From Lama glama (taxonomy: Eukaryota): a stretch of 64,000 bases of DNA. Location: assembly GCA_028534125.1 (NCBI GenBank), contig CM052818.1, forward strand, positions 44,456,001-44,520,000, given 5' to 3'. This document shows positions 25,351 through 39,223 of this stretch, one piece after another. Each line of letters starts with the position of its first letter. Positions within the stretch are counted from its first letter, which is position 1. Under the pieces are notes generated by a model that saw only the letters and a program-made list of their open reading frames with translations, was not told where the DNA came from and did no database searches. A program made the translations under genes and the position numbers.

Positions 25351-28300
25351 TTAGTCCAAAAACTTCATTTTTAAAAAGTTAACATAAGGAAATGATTTCC
25401 TAAAGAGACTTTCAGTCTGAGACAAAAGATGGACTTAGCCATCTTAAGGATACAGGTCAGATTTATCATTCTGATTATGTCCCTTGACTAGGACAGACTT
25501 AAGCCATGAGTTTTCCAAGCAGCAAGATTAAATTTTGCAGGACCCAAGCATGTGCTCGACAGTGCTGTGCACCGTAAACCCTGCTCAATCCTGATCCTGC
25601 AGTCCCACCTCCCCTGCTTCAAAATTACTAGCTATGTAACCCTGGGTAAGTCACTGAGTGTGTCTAAACTTCAGTTTTCCTATTACCATAGTAACTACCT
25701 CCCATGGTAGGTGAGAGGATAGAATGAAATCATAGAGCTTTGTTTGTTAAGCCATCTAACTTATTTATAGATGTGAGCTACTACTGGTTTTGTGGACTGA
25801 AAAGCAGACACAAAATATTTCCAGGACCTATCAGGAGTTCAGCAATGTGCTAAACACAAACAAAGAAATTCAAGAAAAGCAGAAGATGTGGTCCCTGAGT
25901 CCAAGGAGCTTATGAGCAAGTTTTCAGACATAAAGAGGAAACAAAGACAGACTCATGTAAAATGATAAATAAGCAAATTAGTATTTTTATGAAACAAAAA
26001 TTAGTATTTTAAGATACAAGTGACTAGAAGATTCTGGTGAAGAGTTAGGTGTATGTGTGTGGCTACAGGAAAACATAGAGGGAGGGAAGGCAGGTGCCCC
26101 ATGAGATGTGAGCGAGACTCAGAAGACTCACATCTTAGACATTAACTTGGCAAAGACAAAGAGATCTAATTTTCAGTCTGGTCCTAGTCATCCTCCAGTC
26201 ACTGCACAGCTCCCAGATGTGGTCATGGCCCAGCCAGGCTTAGAAGTCAGAAAGAAGACTTGGAGAAAGCATGGTCTCCACGCTGCCCAGACCAGAGTCA
26301 CCTCTCTGGAGCTCATCACCAGGCTCCTCATCTGCAAAACAGTCCATCAGTGGTCCCATCCCACCTCTACTGGGAGGAACTTGGAGAGAGGTCCTGCAGA
26401 CAGACTGGAAACAGGACTAAAGACCATGTCCGGAGAGACAGCTGGCCTGACGGGAGAATCAGACAAAGCCGGGGTTAGTGGGGTAGGGTGAGGGAGAGGA
26501 AAACGTACTGAGAGCCTGCTCGGTGCCAGGTACTCTGTTATGTGCCTTGTCCCACATTTTCCCACTTAATTCTCTCAACGGGAGTTGAAATCAATATTCC
26601 TATTTTACAAATAAGGAAATTGAACTTCATAGCAGTTGAGAGACTAGCCTAAAATCTGTACAAGGAAAGATTTGAACCCAAATCCTTCAGACACCAAAGC
26701 CCACAATCTTTACAGCTCCCAGTGTAGGGGGACAAGACCCTGAGCTGGGCAAATGTGTAAGGGCTCTGTCTTTTCGAGACAGCAAGAGCAAGAGACTTGG
26801 GTTGGAGGCCTTCCCTTGAGGGCTCAGAGAGGAGGAGCCAGAGGACTGCAGCTTAAGAGTGGCTAACATCTCCCCCAAGACAGAGAGGAGCATCCCAGGG
26901 GCCCAGCCCAGGTGGCCTCAGCAGGAAGGACTGGAACTGGGATACACTCCTTCTGGGAATGAAGATGGAGCACCTGACAGGGTGCTCCGTGGAGGGCACG
27001 TCTGGCCCTGCCCTAGCAGCCAGGAAAAGTGAGACTGAGGGGCTGGTCTCAGGGGCCACCCAGGGAAAGCAGGGCCAGGAGTCTGGACCCAAAATTTAGG
27101 AAGGACATTACTTGTGAAGGTGCTCAGCCTGATCGTAAGTGGGAAGAGAATAGAAGTTACATATTTGAAAACTGAGGCTTTTAAAAGAGTGAAGCAGCTT
27201 GAGGCTTGATCTCTAAATTTGCTCATCCTCCTTTCTAATTAGACCCTGCATCACAGTACCAAGTGATACCTGGGATTCCTAAGTCTGTCCCCTTCTGCCT
27301 CCCCAAGGTCAAGTCCCAGCCACTTCCCCATCTCCTTCACTGTTTCAATCTTACCCACATCCCTAACACTTGCCATCCTGCCCCTCCCATCTCTGCAACT
27401 TCCGTTTCCTCCTGCAGGTCTGACTCAATGGCCTTTCCTCCAGCCAGCATGTTCAGACCATCAACAAACTCCCCAGTCTCGGGACACTGGAGGCATCGTT
27501 TATGGGTGATTTTTCCCCCTAAACTTCTGATCACTTCTCCTCTGCCTCCTTCACTGTGGAGTAGAGTGGGAGAGAAACATGGACTCAGAGGTTCTGGGCT
27601 CATCCCCAGTCGGCCACTTCCAAGTCTCACTGAAATTTTTCCCCTAAAGCTTTCTCTGATTCTGTCTATTCCCTGCCTGAACTTTCTGCATTTCCCCATA
27701 AACTACCACCCTCTTGGAAATAACATCATCATGCAAGCTATCCACCAGACACGAAGGAGAGGCTCAAGTATTTTGTGGATTCATCACAACCTGCTTACAG
27801 GGGAAAACAAAAATCAGGTCATCTTGCTTTCTGAAAAATGATCCGAATGCAAAATTCAGATGCCACAGAATCACACTGTTTATTCAGATAGATGCCAAGC
27901 AAAAAGCTTAACCCTTCCTAATACAGAATAAATTTCCCTCAGCTAGAAAACTAGTCTCTTCTCAAGGATCTGGAATATTTACCATGCTTTACAAAGGCTA
28001 AAGTAACATCTCTGAACAGGAGATGGCTGAAGAGGCACGAAAGCTCTACATTTTGAATGTGGTTTTACCCAAGAGAGTGAAGTCCAGAATAGAGAAGACT
28101 TTCTCTTCCAGAGTGTTAGGGATTTTATGAGATTCAGCCTCCAGTTCTGGCCACTCTACACTTTAAAAATACCCTCTCTTTCTTCTCAAGTCCTTCTAAG
28201 TAAAGTAAAATGTAAAATAAAAAAAAAAACCTTAGCCAAGAACATTATTTGAACTTAGAATTTATGATAGCTAGAGTATAAACAGTTAAGAACAGAGATG

Positions 28301-29576
28301 TGAGAGAGAGAGAGAAAGGAAACAGGATGGTGTCTTATGTTGAAATTAAAGGACGAACTAAACCATCATACACAGAAAAACTAAGTCCAAATTAACAAAG
28401 AGAGAATTAAGTTCTAATGAAAACCCATTCAGTGACTATTACCTCTAATAGTACAGTTTTCATGCAATAAGAGGTATGAGAGTATCATCCAAAATTTGAA
28501 GAGCTCAAATCATTTCCTTGGCTTCTGTTTCATCATTTCTAAGATAAGGTTGATAATTACATCACAGAGTTGCTGAAAGAATGAAGTGATGTCATGTACA
28601 AGCAGGGTCTGCCTTAGTCCTTGGCACCTGGTAAGCATTTCATCATTTTTAATGTTCTTCAAAGTCGAGTCCAATAGGTCCTTTAGAACTCTCATCCTTA
28701 TGATTGGAGGAATGGAGCTATTTATTGAGGACGCATTGGACATTCATCACTCTACAAGGCACTTTTAAAGTGGCATATGTGGGTGCGATCCACGTGATAT
28801 TTGGCATGAAATGGTTAAAGAACACTGCCCCTCCTAACCTCCAATCATTGCAGGATTTATTTTTATTTTTCATAGTGTGATGCAGAAAACATCATGGTGT
28901 CTACCTTTCTACCTGACAGGAAACCCTGTTTTCAGCTCAGATACCAATAAGGAAGCAAGTCTTGCTACCAAAAGGCATTCACAACACTCGTCCTCTCTCC
29001 ACAGAGCAGTGGAACTCCACACTGAAAGAGAGTGGGGAGCTAAGAACAGGAAGGGAAGTCATGCCCGCATTCACAAGAAAAGCAGGCAGCCAGCATTTCT
29101 GGCAGTGTTGAAGGAAGCCCCCGCTCCTCGGAAATATGGGAAAAGTGACTGCACTACAGGAAAATGGAGCCAGTGCCCACAAAGACAGGACAGAGATGGA
29201 TTCCTATACAGCAGGATGCCTGCCAAGCCACGGTAGCAGGTGGGCATTCACAGATGATGGACAGAGGGGGTTGGTACTCCCATACCAGGTCATACTGGTC
29301 ACCAGTAACTCCTGATAAGCAGGCTCTCGATCCTGGGTGCACTGTGAAACAGGCTCGGCTGCACCTAGCCCTAAGTACTTAGCCTTTCTGGAGGTGGGGT
29401 CCTGCATGTCACAAATACTAAACGTCATTATCCGGCCTTCTGACCACCAGCTCCAATTCTTCCATATCTTTTTTGCCTTCGTTCTCCTTACATCTATTTT
29501 GACCCTGAAGAGACCTCCAGGTCCTGGATGCCTCCATTTTCCCAACCTTCCTGGTCTCTCCACCCTTCTATCCCAG

Positions 29577-30057
29577 TGTGAAGTCTGTGGTCTTCAGAGA
29601 ACCAACAGAATAAAGATATAGATGCTATAGATAGACAGAGACAGAGCTAGACTGAGACAGAGACAAAGAGACTGAGACAGAGATAGGGAGAGATTTATTA
29701 TAAAGGATTAGCTCACAGGACTATGGAAGCCAAGTCCCAAGGTCAGCAGTGGACCAGCTGGACCAGGAGAACCAGTGGTGAGGTTCTAGTCTAAGGCAGA
29801 AGACTCATGTCTCAGCTCTAGCAGCCAAGCAGGCGTAGTTCCCCCTTAATCAGTCTTTTTGTTCTAGAATGGTCCTCAACTGATTGGATGAGGCCCACTG
29901 ACACCAGGGAAGACACTCCACTTTTCTCAGTCCACCAATTCAAATGTTAACCTCATCCAGAAACATCTTCATGGACACACCCCAAATAATGTTCAACCAA
30001 ATGTCTGGGCACCCCAGGGCAGCCCAGCCAAGTTGACACAGAAAATAAACCATCACA
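29577..30057 (-). mobile_element. MLT2D-like ERVL solo LTR
   Basis: gagatttattataaaggattagctcaca...ctcaactgattggatgaggccca...ccaagttgacacagaaaataaaccatcaca. Confidence 0.88.
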
Positions 30058-30534
30058 GGTGACTCATCAGGACTACAGTGACAGCTTCTGCCCAGTAAGC
30101 TCTACCCACTCCGGCATGTCTACAACCAAGTGGCTCAGTGTTCTAGAGGAAAAGTGCATACCCTGCATTTGGAGCAACTACAAAGTCATCTCTCCAATAT
30201 CAGATGGATACTCCTTTCAACTCCTTTACTTATCCTGACTCACTTCCACCCCAAGTCCCTTCAACAATTATTCTACTCATTTACCACTGCCTTCAAGCCC
30301 TCTAAGCCCCTCGCATGGCCCTACAACCTCATGCCCCGCTAACTATAAATCCAAACACCCCTACTCCCATCACATTTTTTCCCAGTTTTCCAAACTTGTC
30401 TCCATCTGCACTTGATGTCCACTATTATCATTTCCTCTACTCCATCTTAATATCATCTCTCTATCTCTCCCCTATTCCCCTCTCTTTCCTGCCTCCTTTC
30501 TCTTAAACTTTAAATATGCAATTCTCTCCCACCC

Positions 30535-30985
30535 TGTAACTGACAGAACAATGCTCCCACCCAAATCTGTCTAATTCCCAGAATCTATGAATACATTACC
30601 TTTTATAGCCAAAGGAACTTTGCACATTGATTACACTAAGGACCTGGAAATGTAGAGATTTTCCTGGGTTGTCCACACAATGTCATCATAGGGGTCCTAA
30701 CAAGAGGCAGGCAGGAGGGTCAGAGGCAGAGAAGATGTGACCACAGCAGCAGAGGTCAGAGTGATGCAAAGAGGGGACCTTGAGCTAAGAAATGCAGACA
30801 GCACTCAGAAGCTGCAAAAGGCAAGGAAAGATTCTTTCCAGAGAGATTCCAGAAGGAAATGCAACCCTGCAGATGCCTTCATTCTAGGACTTCTCACCTC
30901 TGTGACTGTAAGATATTAAATCTGTGCTGTTTTAAGCAACAAAGCTTGAGGTGACTTGTTACAGCAGCTGTAGGAGACTAATATG
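30535..30985 (+). mobile_element. MLT1C/D-like MaLR LTR
   Basis: aaaggaactttgcacattgatt...gaagatgtgaccacagcagcagaggtcagagtgatgc...gttacagcagctgtaggagactaat. Confidence 0.85.
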
Positions 30986-32362
30986 CATCTTCAAGATAAT
31001 CTCCCTTAATTCAAGTCCCTCTTTAGCCCACCACCCACAACTCTCCTTTCTTTCTTATACAAACTTCTAAAATTGTCTAATCTATTTTATACATCCTCAC
31101 CTTCCATTTACTCTTCAACCTACTGCTTCCTGTTCCATCCCTATTGGTGTGGATTTTATCACTTACTAGTGAGAATAACTTACTGTCAAATGCAATGGAA
31201 ACCATCCAGTCATATCTTATTATGGAGTCTCAATGAGTTTATTGAAAGCAGAGGGGAGAGGAGGGGAGGGGTTTGACGGCTACCCAAATACTCACATTCT
31301 GAAATCTGTAACTGCAGACCAGATCTCTCCCCATGGCTCCAAACCATTGTGTCTGCTGCTAGCAGCACATCTGCACATAGACCCCCATCAGGAGCCTCAA
31401 ACTCAAGCTGTTCAGAAGAAAACTCATTTCCACTGCCATGCCCATCCCCTGCCCCTCCAAAAAAAATAAAAGCCATTTACTAATGTATCTCAGTTTGAAT
31501 TACAACCATAGAACAAGTCACCAATTATAAACCCAGGATTCATCTTTGATTTCTTGCCCTTCCTTCAGTCACCTGTATCCCATCAATCTTGCCAGTCTCA
31601 CACCCTAACTATCTCCTGAATCCATACATTTCTTCTTCATTCCCTATGGTTGCGATTTCATTTGAGATCACCATTATTTCTTGCCTGGAATTACCTCTTA
31701 ATTTATCTACCTGCTTCCAAGTGTATTGATCTGCTATCCTCACCACAACCAGAGTAATTCATCTAAAATGCAAATCTGATTATTTACTCTGTGCTGACAA
31801 CCTTTCAGTGGCTTCCTGGATGAGACAGAGCAAGTTGCATGGCTTACAAGACCCTCAGTAACCTCATGCCTATCTACCTCTCCCGTCCCATTTAACTTCA
31901 CACACTGTCTCAAGCGTCATGCACCAGCAAGAAGGCAGCCACCAAGCTATCCCTGGTTCCGTGGCTCTTGCTCTTGCTCGTTTGTATCCTTCCAATCCCC
32001 TTCCTGCAGTTACTTAATCTTCAAGACTCAATTCAAGCATCACCTCCAAAGGAAAATTTTTCTAGACTCTCCCACGCTGAGTTAGGTTCCCCTCCTCCAG
32101 GCTCCCAGAATGTGCTTTCCAGCACTTGGCACAGTGCCCAGGGCACAGTGGGCAGTTCTGCCGATGTGTGTTGAGTGAATGAATGAATACCTAAACAGTC
32201 CATGATAGTTAAAGGGTGTGCTGAGAGGGGTGAGAAAAAGAGGGCAGCACAGTAGAGGGCATCTCACCCCCCTGGAGAGTCAAGGAAGGCTCTGAGAAGG
32301 AAGCAGCAGATCAGAGCTGGGAAGATGACCAGAGGAGGAGAGGAACTGTGTGCTAGGCAGGT

Positions 32363-32516
32363 AAGTCAGCTTCATATGCACATCACCTACACAGTCGCAC
32401 GGGGACCCTGCTTGCTCTCACATTCTGCTGCCACCATTTTGAAATTCTTCATTTTCGAACATGGAGACCGGCATTTTCATTTGGCACTGGACCTACAACT
32501 TAGGGACCTGATCCCG
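32363..32516 (+). mobile_element. MER53-like hAT element
   Basis: cagtcgcacggggaccc...ttgaaattctt...gcattttcatttggcactgg matches MER53 as I recall it. Confidence 0.75.
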
Positions 32517-35139
32517 CAGATAAGAATAGCCTGTCCAAAGGCATAGGAACAGGAGAGCATGTGAAAGGGCTCATCAGGACCCCCAAAGGCAGCTCCAGTC
32601 TGGCTGGGCTCCTCCAAGCCAGACAGACACTCAGCCACAGTAAGAATGAGTCTGTTCTCCCCCTACCTTGCATCTTGGTCTACAGTTTAGGAGGGAAACA
32701 CCAAATCCACATTTCCAGGCCTTTTACTGCTCAAGACATACGTGTGCGTATCATGGGGCAAATCAATTCCGTATGTTTCAGATTCGTTTACACTTTGTTC
32801 ATCAGAATGGCCTCCGACTCCCTCCCCATCACTGTGATTTCATATCCAAGAAGCCATTGAAGCTCTCTTGGAGTTCTGGGGTTTAAACATAAAGGGAGAG
32901 GATTTGAAAAAGCTCAATTTGACTAAAGAAAACTGGATTTAGACCTCAAGAGGTTCAATTATCTCTGCTATCTTATATTAACTCAGCTTAATTCAGTCCC
33001 CTGAGTCACAGCAATACCCCTGTGGCAGGCACAGCCCCTAAAGAGGGACATTTCCTCCCAAGGAGGAGCCAGTGCCACGACTGTGCATCAGGAACTGAAG
33101 ACTTGGAGAAAATCATATCGACAGTTGCGTGAAAAAAAATAAGCCTCTTGCTCTTACCGCTGCATTAACAATCACAAATCTTTAGGACTGAAAGGGATAA
33201 CTGAGATCATCTACAATAATAACTACCATCTGCAAAGTGCTTTCCACTTGATAAATCACTTTCACACTCATTTTCATATGTAATCCCTGCAGCTATTTTG
33301 TAAGAGGGGTACGGCGGTTATCATCACTTTTAATTCAATAGCTAGGAAAATGAGGCTCAGAAAGGTTATGCAGATCTCCCAAACTCACACAGCAAATAGC
33401 AGCAGTGCCGGGATCCAGACTCATACTCCTGATACTCCCCCTGGGGGCTTGTCACCAACCCACTCACCATTTCTTGGGACAAAACAAGGCCAATCATGTC
33501 CAAGCCCTCCCATGTCTTGCCAGTGTCTGTCTCATTCAGGGAGGCGGTGACAGAGCCAAAACGCCCACCTCCCTGCCTGGCACTCTTTCTACTTCTCTCA
33601 GCTTTATTGGAACAAGTCAGGGAGGACTTCTGCTTGCAAAGAAATGGCTTTACTGTTTCTGACACTGCAACTTCCACCCCCTTGAAACAGCCAGAGTACC
33701 TCACTTTAACATGTTGTCTTTCCAATTCTTACAACAGCCTGGTAAAGTCAATATTCTGTAATCTATCTTCCTCAAAGAGGAAACTGAGGGTCAGAGAGCA
33801 TAAACAGTATCCCTTATGACATAAATGGTAAATAGATAACAATGTCAGGCCTTAACACCAAGTTTTCTGACACTACGCCTAAAGATCTTCCCACTAAGCC
33901 ACATGAATGGCACTTGGCTCCCATCCCACGAGGACAACCAGTGGCAGAAAATGGAGCCAATGGAGGGAATGAGGGACGAAGGAGAGACATCTCTGAAGAT
34001 CTGCAAATGGGACAGATTATTATATGACTTGCCTGTTTGGCCAGGATTATTAAAAACTACAGGAAAATCTCATGCATGAGGAGGAAGACAGACTCAGAGG
34101 AGGGACAGGGCTGTCTTAGAGCAAAATCTGAGGAGTACATAAGTATATTCATGCAAAGGACATGCATTCTACCTCTTTCAAGTATATGCAAATGAAGCTA
34201 TAAATTAGTATTAATCAGCACCCGTGAGGTGAATTAATTAACAAGTTATAATTCACAAGAGGCCTACATGACTTGATAATGTACCACAAAGCTTATGAAT
34301 ATGAGAATTAATTACTTGGCCCAGATGTTGAGGGATGCTTAATTTCTTGAACTCCTGGTTTCAAGGACCCAATGATTTTATTCAGCACTGAACTGTTAAA
34401 TTGAAGCTAACATTACTATGTTTAATAAATTATTATTTTAACAAACAGTCATCACTGATTAATGAGTTAATACTCAGTGCCTTGCTGTGCTAGGCATTTT
34501 ATACACATCATTTCATTTAACCCTCACAACTACTACATGAGATGGACATAATTCTCATCATTTGCGCTAAAAAAAAAAAAAGCTCCGTGATCTAATAAGC
34601 CAAAGTCACACAGATTAAATAAAGAACTGCGTACACGGAAGTGTCTGCCCAATTCCGCCCTTGGCCATGGCCTTTATTTCAAATGAACCCCTTCACAATT
34701 CTGGCTGACTAAACTTCAGATGACCTAGAATTTACTCCAATGACTTAGCTTGTTCTTCAATCGAAGCTTGGGAGTAGATTTGAATCTCAAATCTGCAGGC
34801 ACATCAGTCCATTCGTTTCCAGGCTGTGTGTTCATTCCTAACTTGTTTCTCCGTTCCACTTTAACCAAAACCAAAATCAAATGTTTCTGCCTGGTAGGTA
34901 ATACAAACACAGAGCCAAATTCTAGTCATCACTGTGAGGACTCGGGAGCCTAAGGAGCATAAACAAGCCACAGCCCCAAATCCCTAAACCCCTCTGTACG
35001 CAGCTGCAGGAAAATGGAAGCAGTGGAGAAGTTACAATTTTTTAACAATATGGATTCCATGTGGTTTTGAGTTTTTAACATGTTTTGAATTTTAACAGCA
35101 TGTTTTCATTTTCTGCCATAAATATATTTTTCTTTTGTA

Positions 35140-35700
35140 ATAGGAAAATGCATGTTAATTATTGAAATTACAAACAACAGTTTGGCTGGGTGTAGAATTT
35201 TTGAATCACGATCCTCCCAAACTTTACAGATGCTGTTCCTTCGACTGCCTTTCTCCAGTGCTGTGGACAGAAGTCTGAGGACATCTTGTTTGTTTTCCCA
35301 CTGTACTTGTTTTTTTTTTCTATCTGAAGTTTTTTAGGATTCTTTTGTTGCCAGTGGAATTCAATATTTTCACCAGGATATGTCAAAATGCTCATCAGAT
35401 TTAATTGAATCTTCTGGATAAGATCCACCTGACAGGTTCAGAACTTACTTTAGTTTCAGACATATTTTGTTCTGTGTTATCCTGCATATTGTTTCTGATT
35501 TGTTCTTTTGGCCTGGTAGTTATTCTTCTTTCTAGTCCATGTTTACATCATCTTTTCTCTGATCTTTTAGCTCTGTCATTTTTTTTGTCCTCATCCAAGT
35601 TTCACTCATGATTTGATGCTCTATCGTGATTTTTGTACGACTCTGAATTTCTCCTCTGCTATTATTTGTCCTCTCATTTTATCTTCTGGAGGCTGCTTCA
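35140..35700 (-). mobile_element. HAL1/L1 ORF1 relic
   Basis: Minus frames give ORF1-like pieces (KYSGKTNKMSSDF...). Confidence 0.6.
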
Positions 35701-35739
35701 TTCAATAATGGTAATGCCATTTCAATCAAAATATCATGG

Positions 35740-36300
35740 AATATAACGGGAGACTCAATGCCCTAAAGTTTATCTATAGGAATAAATCTATAAAACTAAA
35801 TGGGACATTATGAGGGAGGAAATGGGGAACAGTGGAAATAAAAGGAGGGAATCCATGCAATAATAGATAGTAAAATGAAAGTTAAAACTAAAATGATAAA
35901 AACACAATCGTAGCCTCTCGCCAACAGAGGCAGGCAAATCAATGGAACGGTATAATTTTGTTTTTTCTTCAGGTGGTGTTTCAACTGGTAGGAAAAAGGA
36001 TTCTGCTTGGAAATGGCGGTGAAACTCCTAACTAAGCACTTAGGGAAAAAATACCATGCTAGAGCCCTGACTTCTATTTCATAACCAAGTTCTAGATGAA
36101 TTAAAGGTTTCATTTTTAAAGTTAATAAAAATACTTAGATGAAATTGATCAACATTTACATAATCTTTATATATAAAAATTTTGAAGTATTTCACCAAAG
36201 ATAAAAGCCATAAAGCAAAATCTGCCAAATTTAACTACAAAAATCAATTGGAAAAATAAACACTGAAGGCAATAGTAAAAAATACAAATGGGAGGGGTCT
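35740..36300 (+). mobile_element. Old L1 (L1ME-like) ORF2 3' relic
   Basis: ggcaaatcaatggaacggtata; ctagatgaattaaaggttt; aaagataaaagccataaagcaaaa. Confidence 0.6.
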
Positions 36301-37509
36301 TTTTTAAAGGAAAGAAGTAAAGGAAGGAAGGAAGAAAAAGAAATGTGTATGACCCCAAACTTAAGAGAAACAGTTAACCTCACCATAATCAAAGTATTAT
36401 AAATTGAAGGTAACTCGTAACACATTCTCAACTTTCATCTCTTGCTTTAGAGTCTCAATTTTTATGCATTTATGAGATGTAAAAGAGAAATCTGATTGGA
36501 GAGCCTTGTAAGAACTAAAATTGGCAGAACTTGCTGGAAACTGGTTAGAGAGAAGACCAACATGAAGTAGAATAACGTAACTGTGCCCGAAATAAAAAAT
36601 ACAACAGCTAGGACTAGGCTCAGAGGACAGAAAACTCATCATGGCTGATGTCATCCAAGAAGACATTCAGGAAAACTGGACTCTTGAGCTTGACCTTGAA
36701 AAAAGAAAAAAAAAAACAGAACAGTGAACTTAGGTATACTCCAAACTTGTCAACCTGCCTCAGGTGACCAAGATGGCTGTGAATTCAGGAAGCAGCAGGA
36801 AATGTGTTTCGTCTAGATTGCAAGAAAATGTGCTTACGCACCATGCTTTATAGTTCAAAAAAGTCCTTTGATACATTATTTTCACGTAATCTTCCCAAAA
36901 CCCTTAGCATTAGGAAATGAAGAGGTCATAACCCCCATTTTAAGAAAGGAAAGCAAAGCCTAGAGAGATGAGATCATGCACTTGCAGTTGCTCCATTCAA
37001 TGTTTACTGGAGGATATACTTTAGCCCCATTTCATAAGGGAAACCTGCCTCCTTTACCACTGCTGTTGCCGTGTGGAATAAAAATAACCAGCTCCACGCT
37101 TCCACAGAACGTCTGCACCAGCTTCAAAGAGTAGATGCTCATCCAAATTTCAAGTGGTTGTGCTAAGGAACACCAACTGCTCTTGCATGTAAAACATTAG
37201 CAGACAAGAATGTGCTGAAAGAATCCAGATGCTCTTACCACCAAGAGAACTCTTTTGCTGTATCCAGATCCCTTTCTGGAAAGAGTAGGGAAACACTCAT
37301 GAAAATATAAAAGTTGGTACCACGATGGCATCACAGCTGTAGGCAGATCAGAATACACCTCCTAGGACATGCTGCTGACGTGACATGCAGAACCTGCTGT
37401 ATTAATACTCCTCACGTTGGGCCTCAGTTCCTCCAGGTACAAAACTACAAGTGAGATACTTTCTAAATTCCCTCTCATCCCTGAATTTTATAACTATCAC
37501 AATTTGAGT

Positions 37510-37790
37510 AGGAGTAGGCACAACTCAGAGAAGAACAAACAGGGCAAGGGGACTGGAAACCACATGACGATAAGGAATCTGACCGATGGAACCAGGGATT
37601 AGAGATGAGAAGACGCGGGGGACAAGAGTGATGTCTGCAGGGCTGGCTTAGGAAAGACTAACTCAGTTCATCCTGTGTGGCCACAAAGAGGGAAACAGAC
37701 TGACAGGTAAAAGCCCAGGGAGTCAGAACTTGATTTAAAAAAACACAGAGCCATCTAAAGAAGAATCAAGCAGCTTCCAGGGAAGGGAAA
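37510..37790 (+). mobile_element. L3/CR1 LINE fragment
   Basis: ggggactggaaacca...tgtgtggccacaaagaggg...cagagccatctaaagaagaa follows the L3 3' consensus order. Confidence 0.6.
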
Positions 37791-38179
37791 CAAAAGGGAG
37801 AGAGGAAAACAGTTACAGCACTCCTGCCTTAACCTTGGACGTGCATGACCCTTACCCCATAACAATCTTGATGCCTGGGCATCGTCAGCCCTCTTTTCCA
37901 GGTTAGGAAACTACTGCTCAGAAGGAAACCACTTGATCAACATCAGGGTGGTGAGTTACTGAACGCACCATTAGGAGATACTGAAACGAAGGATGAAATA
38001 CAATTTAAACGTATTTAGGCATCACATGTAGGAGTGAAGGTTGGAGGAAAAGGTTTTTATGATTGCCTTCAGCCAGGGAAGCCCACAATTCTATTGGATT
38101 TGGGTGCTATTTCTAACCACAAAGAAGAATCGTGTACCTCAGAATACTGAATGGAAAGAAAAAGCCCCATTGATACTCA

Positions 38180-38250
38180 GCCACCACCACCATGATGACC
38201 ACCACCACCACCATCACCACCGTCAGCAGCACCACCATCAGCAGCAGCAT
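38180..38250. repeat. Imperfect (CAC/CAT/CAG)n trinucleotide repeat at a MIR end
   Basis: Directly visible; followed by an antisense MIR (~38250-38470). Confidence 0.9.
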
Positions 38251-39138
38251 CTATTACATGCTGGGCACTATTATAAGCTAATTAGAGGTGCTAATTGTCA
38301 TTAAATACAATAGTGTCAAGGTAAGCATCTTTGTCATCACTTCACAGATGAGAACTGAGCTCCAAACAGGTAAATCATTTATCAGAGGTCATCTAGCAAG
38401 TACATGGCAAAACTCAGGCTCAAGCCCAGTTCTGTCTGATTCCAAATCTGGTGCTATCCTCAGAATACCTCCCTTCCTGACTTATTCCTGCATGCAGCCC
38501 TACCAATCTTGCAGCTGACTATAGGATGTATCACATTAGGAAGTAGAGGAGCAGGTGTTACAGCAGCCCCTGCTCTCACGGTTTAAAAAAAAAAAAAAAG
38601 TACTCTCCTGCACATGGCTATCACAAGTTTTATTACCGTACTCGAGAAACATGAACTTGATGGCATGGTAAGAATCAGCCTGGCTTCTCAGCTCACTGGG
38701 GCTCTAGAGAGGTAGCTCCAGGACACTGGCCACATCGTAAGAAAGCTCTACGCACAGGACCTCAGGGAGGCAAGACACTACCTTGCAGAGCATAGCTCAT
38801 TGGAAAGATTCACCCCCAGGGCCATATTCCCCACTCTGGGGATGCTGACTTGGCTTGCCTTCCTAGCAAGGTACCAGGGCCATCAGTAACTTTCCCCATG
38901 TCAGCACTTTTTCCAATTCTCCGGCTCTTTCAGCTGAGGCTGCAATGTTAAACATGTAGTTTTTTAAATTAATTCTTTGAAGATCCACTCATGTCAGCTA
39001 ACTTTTCTCACTGCAATAAGCCAAGGAAGTCACTTACCAGCAACTGCCTTTTCCACTTTCATGTACTCCCGAGCCTTTTCAAGACAGTGTTCCAAAACCT
39101 CTATTCAGCAGAACTCACCAGTAAGAAACAGGAATCTC

Positions 39139-39223
39139 TTGTGCTGAACACTGGAATTTGACACAACATTGTAAAATGATTATAAATCAATAAAAAATTA
39201 AAGAAAGAAAGAAACAAACAAAC
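39139..39223 (+). mobile_element. Very short 5'-truncated young L1 3' tip
   Basis: gtgctgaacactggaatttgacacaac is the reverse complement of text in the L1 at 44229-44611. Exact TSD aaacaggaatctc at 39126-39138 and 39224-39236. Confidence 0.9.

Larger units (their letters stand above)
29430..32190 (+). mobile_element. Long L2 relic interrupted by MLT2 and MLT1 LTRs
   Basis: L2 text throughout (catctaaaatgcaaatctgatt; aatcttcaagactcaattcaagcatcacctcc); ends with the L2 tail gtgttgagtgaatgaatgaata. Confidence 0.75.

Noticed and set aside
35140..36300. Antisense ORF1 next to sense ORF2 as a twin-primed L1 inversion
   Set aside because: The breakpoints are far apart in the L1 consensus and no TSD is visible; two independent old fragments are more likely.
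38041..38304. Poly-His/Gln ORF
   Set aside because: Produced by a trinucleotide microsatellite at a MIR end.
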